A DNA stretch of 64,000 nt from Lingula anatina (Eukaryota; Animalia; Brachiopoda), in the NCBI GenBank assembly GCA_051362555.1, contig CM120641.1, forward strand, positions 27,596,401-27,660,400. The letters are read 5' to 3'. The notes beneath the pieces were generated by a model. That model was not told the origin of the DNA. It saw only the letters and a list, made by a program, of their open reading frames with translations, and searched no databases. A program made the translations under genes and the position numbers. Below, piece by piece: positions 61,585-64,000 of the stretch; within the stretch, counting starts at the first letter, position 1, and each line of letters starts with the position of its first letter.

Positions 61585-63890
61585 CCATGTTCATGTATGG
61601 TTCTCCATATAATGTGTCTTTGTTTTTAAGATACCTTCCACAACACAAAAAACTAACTCTATATACATAAAAAACTAATTCTATATATATGGGGTGTTAC
61701 TTTATACTTTGATAAACCTAATAACTACCAAAGTTATGTACATGTGTACATTGTAAAAGTTCCCATATAAATTGTACTTTGCAATTATATGGTAATGTAC
61801 TGATGTTCTTGCCATAATAAATATATATATATTTAACCAAACAAAAACTTTGTGGAGAAATAAAAATCCACGAGATGAAAATTGACCCATTTACCTGAAA
61901 AGTACCAATCCACTCTCATGGTCCCCCTCAGTTCTGGGAAATAAATACAGGAATACCAGTGGTCCACTAGAATTCCTCTCACGGTGGTTTTTCCTAGATA
62001 TTCCACCTTGTTGTTACCCCCGAACCGCAATACAGATGTCACAGACAATATATGGGCGTGTGAGCCACCTGTTTTATTGTAGCCAAAGATGAAAAGCTCT
62101 TGGGAGGTATTCAAGGCCTGAACTGTGCATATTCCTGAAAAGAAATTGACTGACACTTGAGCTCTACTTCTTAGAAGTTATACTTGAATTTTCATTTTAT
62201 TGCAAGAGTTAACCAGCACTGAATTTTATACTCTTAGTTAAATTCTCATGTTTAATTTTATCAAGTGCTCTTACAAATAATTTACATCACAAATTTTTTC
62301 ATCTTATCTGCAAATTCAGTTGGTGTTCCAAACTTTTTAAGTCAACAAAAGGAAAATCACAGAATTTTGCGTCACTCACCATCACGCTCCAATGCCACGA
62401 TGAGCTCATTAGTGTCATAACTGAAGATGGCCTGTAATTTGTCATCAAATGAGTACTCATACATGACACCCTTGTTGGCATCAAAGTCATAGTACTCGAC
62501 CACATCAATGGTCTTGTTGCGGTTGAGGAAATTACACTGAACTGTGGTACTGAATCTGTTTGGTAAGGTAGGAAGTGGTGGACCTGAGTTGAAAATAAAA
62601 GTATATTTATGTGTTAGTTTGTTCAGTATTTTAATTGAGCTATTCCATATAAACATTGTACAATTAAGAATATATGAATTCTATAATGAAAAAGTTACAC
62701 AGTCACCTAAAAACACATTTCTAACACTACTTAATATACTAACTCAAATTAAATATTTTCTAAATTTTAACAACCTAATGTATTCCTTCTATTCCATATT
62801 CTTTCTCATACAAGAGTTCTGCTTTTAAATAATTTTCCCTTTACTTTCCATGTAATACCCAAGCTCATCTCTCTCTCTCATTCGCACACTTACACACATG
62901 CATATGCACATGCACACACACACACACATTGTTCATTATATACCTGCATTGGCATTAACAGCACTGGCATCACAGACAGTTGTATCTCCACCTAAAACGA
63001 AAACATGTCACATATTTGGCAATCACTTTGCAGATTCTCCAACATATCATTAATATATATAATTTACTAGAAATGGACATGAAGTTTTTATTTAAAAATT
63101 CACCAATTTCAACAGAATCTTGAAAATTACAACATCCATCAAATATATATCTCCCAAACAGAAAAACTCTTCCTCATCAATGTTTTACAAATATCATACA
63201 CACAACAAGAGCTGCTTTTATTCACTTTTACTGGGAATTAAAGCATTTCAAACAATTCAACATTAATAAAAACAAGTCTCACCAGCTGGAGGTTTGAGGT
63301 CAGGACCAAGATTGACCCAACTGACTTTCAGACTGCTAATTATTGGTGCAATTAGCCTGGACTGTAATCCAGCAAAGGATAATAGAACATATCATCATTA
63401 TAAATTTGGATTGAAATATGTTATTTCCATATGTTTTTTGTACAAAAACATTGTTACATGGGGACATTGTTTAACAATGTCAACACATCTGTTACAGTTG
63501 CTAACACAAAATCAGCATTAACATTTTTGAATATTTATTTAACTGAGTAAGCACATGTTAAAGTAAATAAAACATTTTGATGCTTCAATTTCTCTTAATC
63601 TTAATCAGGTACATGAATTAATAAATATAGCAACACATAAAACATTTCAAATTTAAAAAAAATGAATTAAAATATATAAACAATATTTCACATTAAATTT
63701 AATGACTTACATTTCCAAGGGTGTCAGTGTCAATAAGAACTGTAAAAGTGCCTTTGCTTATGGCAGTGGTCAGCAAGGACACTGCAACATCCAAGTCCAC
63801 CTCTTGAACTTTCATGGCCACGTCTCCCTTAATAGGAGCCTTGTCCAGCATGCGGAAAGTGACCATTATGTTTTCACCATCAAAATCAAC
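40691..63890 (-). CDS. Large type I membrane protein of tandem ~585-aa repeats (ependymin/LolA-like beta domains + SEA-like domain); 5' end lies beyond the window
   Basis: 29 phase-consistent exons: 63890-63711, 63361-63283, 62991-62944, 62583-62380, 62134-61895, 55025-54862, 54518-54396, 53796-53682, 53325-53159, 52846-52742, 52248-52156, 51770-51647, 51300-51188, 50329-50150, 49436-49358, 48513-48466, 48028-47825, 47117-46878, 45915-45752, 45278-45156, 44725-44614, 44228-44062, 43794-43690, 42839-42765, 42455-42335, 42004-41892, 41769-41593, 41293-41203, 40839-40691 (3903 nt, ~1300 aa). Repeated motifs include P.LP..F, YD....R, Y.G...VRG...D.W, PVR and YDF..F.P.....F..P..C. The last exon encodes the TM helix GLAIGLFVLGIFLTLAVVVLVF and a 23-aa tail. 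The fold assignment is inference. Confidence 0.85.
42976..43186. mobile_element. MITE with TTCCCACAGAT...ATCTGTGGGAA TIR
   Basis: Imperfect inverted arms of ~45 bp. Related to 4590-4835. Confidence 0.6.
43311..43455. repeat. Inverted repeat / small foldback element
   Basis: AAAAGGCAAA..ATATTAAATCTCATACTGGACA is mirrored by TGTCCAGTATGAGATTTAATATT..TTGCCTTTT. Confidence 0.7.
45250..45540. repeat. Diverged ~145-bp tandem duplication covering a splice acceptor of the membrane-protein gene
   Basis: TTCCTGGACAAATTGTTCCCTTGGGTACCTAGAAAGAGAG..CTGAAACTGATTAACCCCA is repeated at ~45395-45540 with substitutions and indels. Confidence 0.8.
46507..46688. mobile_element. Harbinger-like MITE (CTG TSD)
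   Basis: CTG|GCCCCGGTTTCACAAAAAA..CTTAA ... TTAAGTTTTTTTGTGAAACCAGGAC|CTG. Confidence 0.75.
46692..46845. mobile_element. Second Harbinger-like MITE (CTG TSD), directly adjacent
   Basis: CTG|GGCCCCGTAACTCGAAAGCAT ... ATGCTTTCGAGTTACAGGGTC|CTG. Confidence 0.75.
51917..52131 (+). repeat. Pentanucleotide microsatellites (ATACG)n, (AATGC)n and (CACAA)n around a dispersed repeat fragment
   Basis: The runs are directly visible. The middle piece 51992-52075 matches 46320-46400. Confidence 0.85.
54178..54346. mobile_element. CAGGGGCGGAT MITE copy (opposite orientation)
   Basis: ATTAT|CAGAGGCAGAT...ATCCGCCCCTG|ATTAT. Homologous to 4870-5026. Confidence 0.8.
55420..56436 (+). repeat. Direct duplication, left copy (probable TRPV promoter / 5' UTR exon / intron)
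   Basis: 55420-55962 matches 60785-61323, and 56283-56436 matches 61517-61657. Confidence 0.85.
55963..56282 (-). mobile_element. HINE-like family C copy
   Basis: AAACTAGAAAAGCACTCTGAGAGCGCAGACCTCTGCCAAGGCAGC... as at 17763. It is absent from the duplicated block at ~61323. Confidence 0.75.
56532..58376 (+). CDS. TRPV-like (TRPV5/6-related) cation channel, 614 aa, intronless CDS, nested antisense in an intron
   Basis: Degenerate ankyrin repeats (LPLMIVIMRGSIRCFHLLLSAG, NNIIHALI, ENDLGLRPLELTSVLG) and six hydrophobic segments. S4-S5 linker LPKIGYYVLVFERMLGDLTKF, pore helix FGSLGMSFYSTFMIML, S6 ILVMNFLIGTMSNT. Good Kozak context GCCATGG and an upstream acceptor at 56459. Confidence 0.9.
   Translation: METSCSVHSSKDTQSNETGCLDVLNSNNRSLPLPEYEAYLQALLQDDHETLDGLLQTNDRFIINSPFDIQHDPAPSLSNGCPTFCLPLMIVIMRGSIRCFHLLLSAGIDLESSESSNNIIHALIWAGKLWPERMEQYQQIYKILESRVPLITLRKLLFQENDLGLRPLELTSVLGTLPLMTTILNTKEVYMYPKPSPALQQQVWYDITDYHETSGCRSSKSPFYHLIYLEESQLENNESKYFFSSPFLKAWTQTYGKMMRRYLIFEVFGEILYGIIFCMVVMGLRLQMLQIRKLQNNRYNASLPNESNLGNDTVATFDCKNLDPFFDFLEIMTYLFWNSILFASVVNVGKKLKMFISSLILKRKKGFGFKKIIFCKHRKSIVFLTTQHAVSFMKSLLMIVLFVHYFINYYSLSLLCFEYMLQSIIMLLNTWTFLYYMQLLPKIGYYVLVFERMLGDLTKFMLLLGIFVLTFSLMFFTLLLPFCEEHFGSLGMSFYSTFMIMLNVVDVSTLANPDTPEMQVLLVLHIIYILFVAILVMNFLIGTMSNTVSELHAQKEIVDNLQKLVIYYNSAANANCCCFRRLCFTMSGYVNTDDRWYLRVWYRLDEFERLSHQC
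60785..61657 (+). repeat. Direct duplication, right copy (truncated, no CDS follows)
   Basis: Matches 55420-55962 and 56283-56436, including the (TA)n(GA)n tract. Similarity stops just before the position of the 56459 acceptor. Confidence 0.85.
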
Positions 63891-64000
63891 CTGGAAGTAA
63901 GATGAATTTGTATACATGATAATGTATATGAAAGTTTATGTTATAAAACTTTGTAAATGAATAAGAAAATCAGATTAGAAAAAGTATTAAAATTTAAACT

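Noticed and set aside
55420-61657. Direct repeats as LTRs of a retrotransposon carrying TRPV
   Set aside because: No TG...CA ends, PBS/PPT, TSD or gag/pol remnants were seen. The repeat includes intron-like microsatellite sequence, which fits a segmental duplication better.

Overview
AT-rich, intron-rich animal genomic DNA, probably a lophotrochozoan invertebrate (inferred from the gene families and repeat types); it is not prokaryotic. I could build five protein-coding models by hand from splice sites and phases. (1) A MAIP1/C2orf47-like mitochondrial gene (- strand, 5 coding exons, 3067-7383). (2) PRMT2, an SH3 + SAM-dependent arginine methyltransferase (+, 8 coding exons, 10229-29161), arranged head-to-head with gene 1. 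Its introns are mostly filled by non-autonomous Helentron-like (HINE) elements carrying 160-bp and 146-bp satellites. (3) An uncharacterised ~501-aa gene (+, 35400-39320) whose last splice acceptor is tandemly duplicated. (4) The 3' part of a very large type I membrane protein built from 13-exon, ~585-aa repeats with ependymin/LolA-like features (-, 40691 to beyond the window edge). (5) A TRPV-like channel with an intronless CDS (+, 56532-58376), nested antisense in one intron of gene 4 and flanked by a direct duplication. Many MITEs and microsatellites are also present. The most interesting signals are inverted HINE copies bracketing the PRMT2 SH3 exon, a HINE 3' end that supplies a splice acceptor's upstream sequence, a higher-order 146-bp satellite with ~24 perfect DR1 nuclear-receptor motifs, and the nested TRPV cassette. 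All homology calls come from motif recognition, not database searches.
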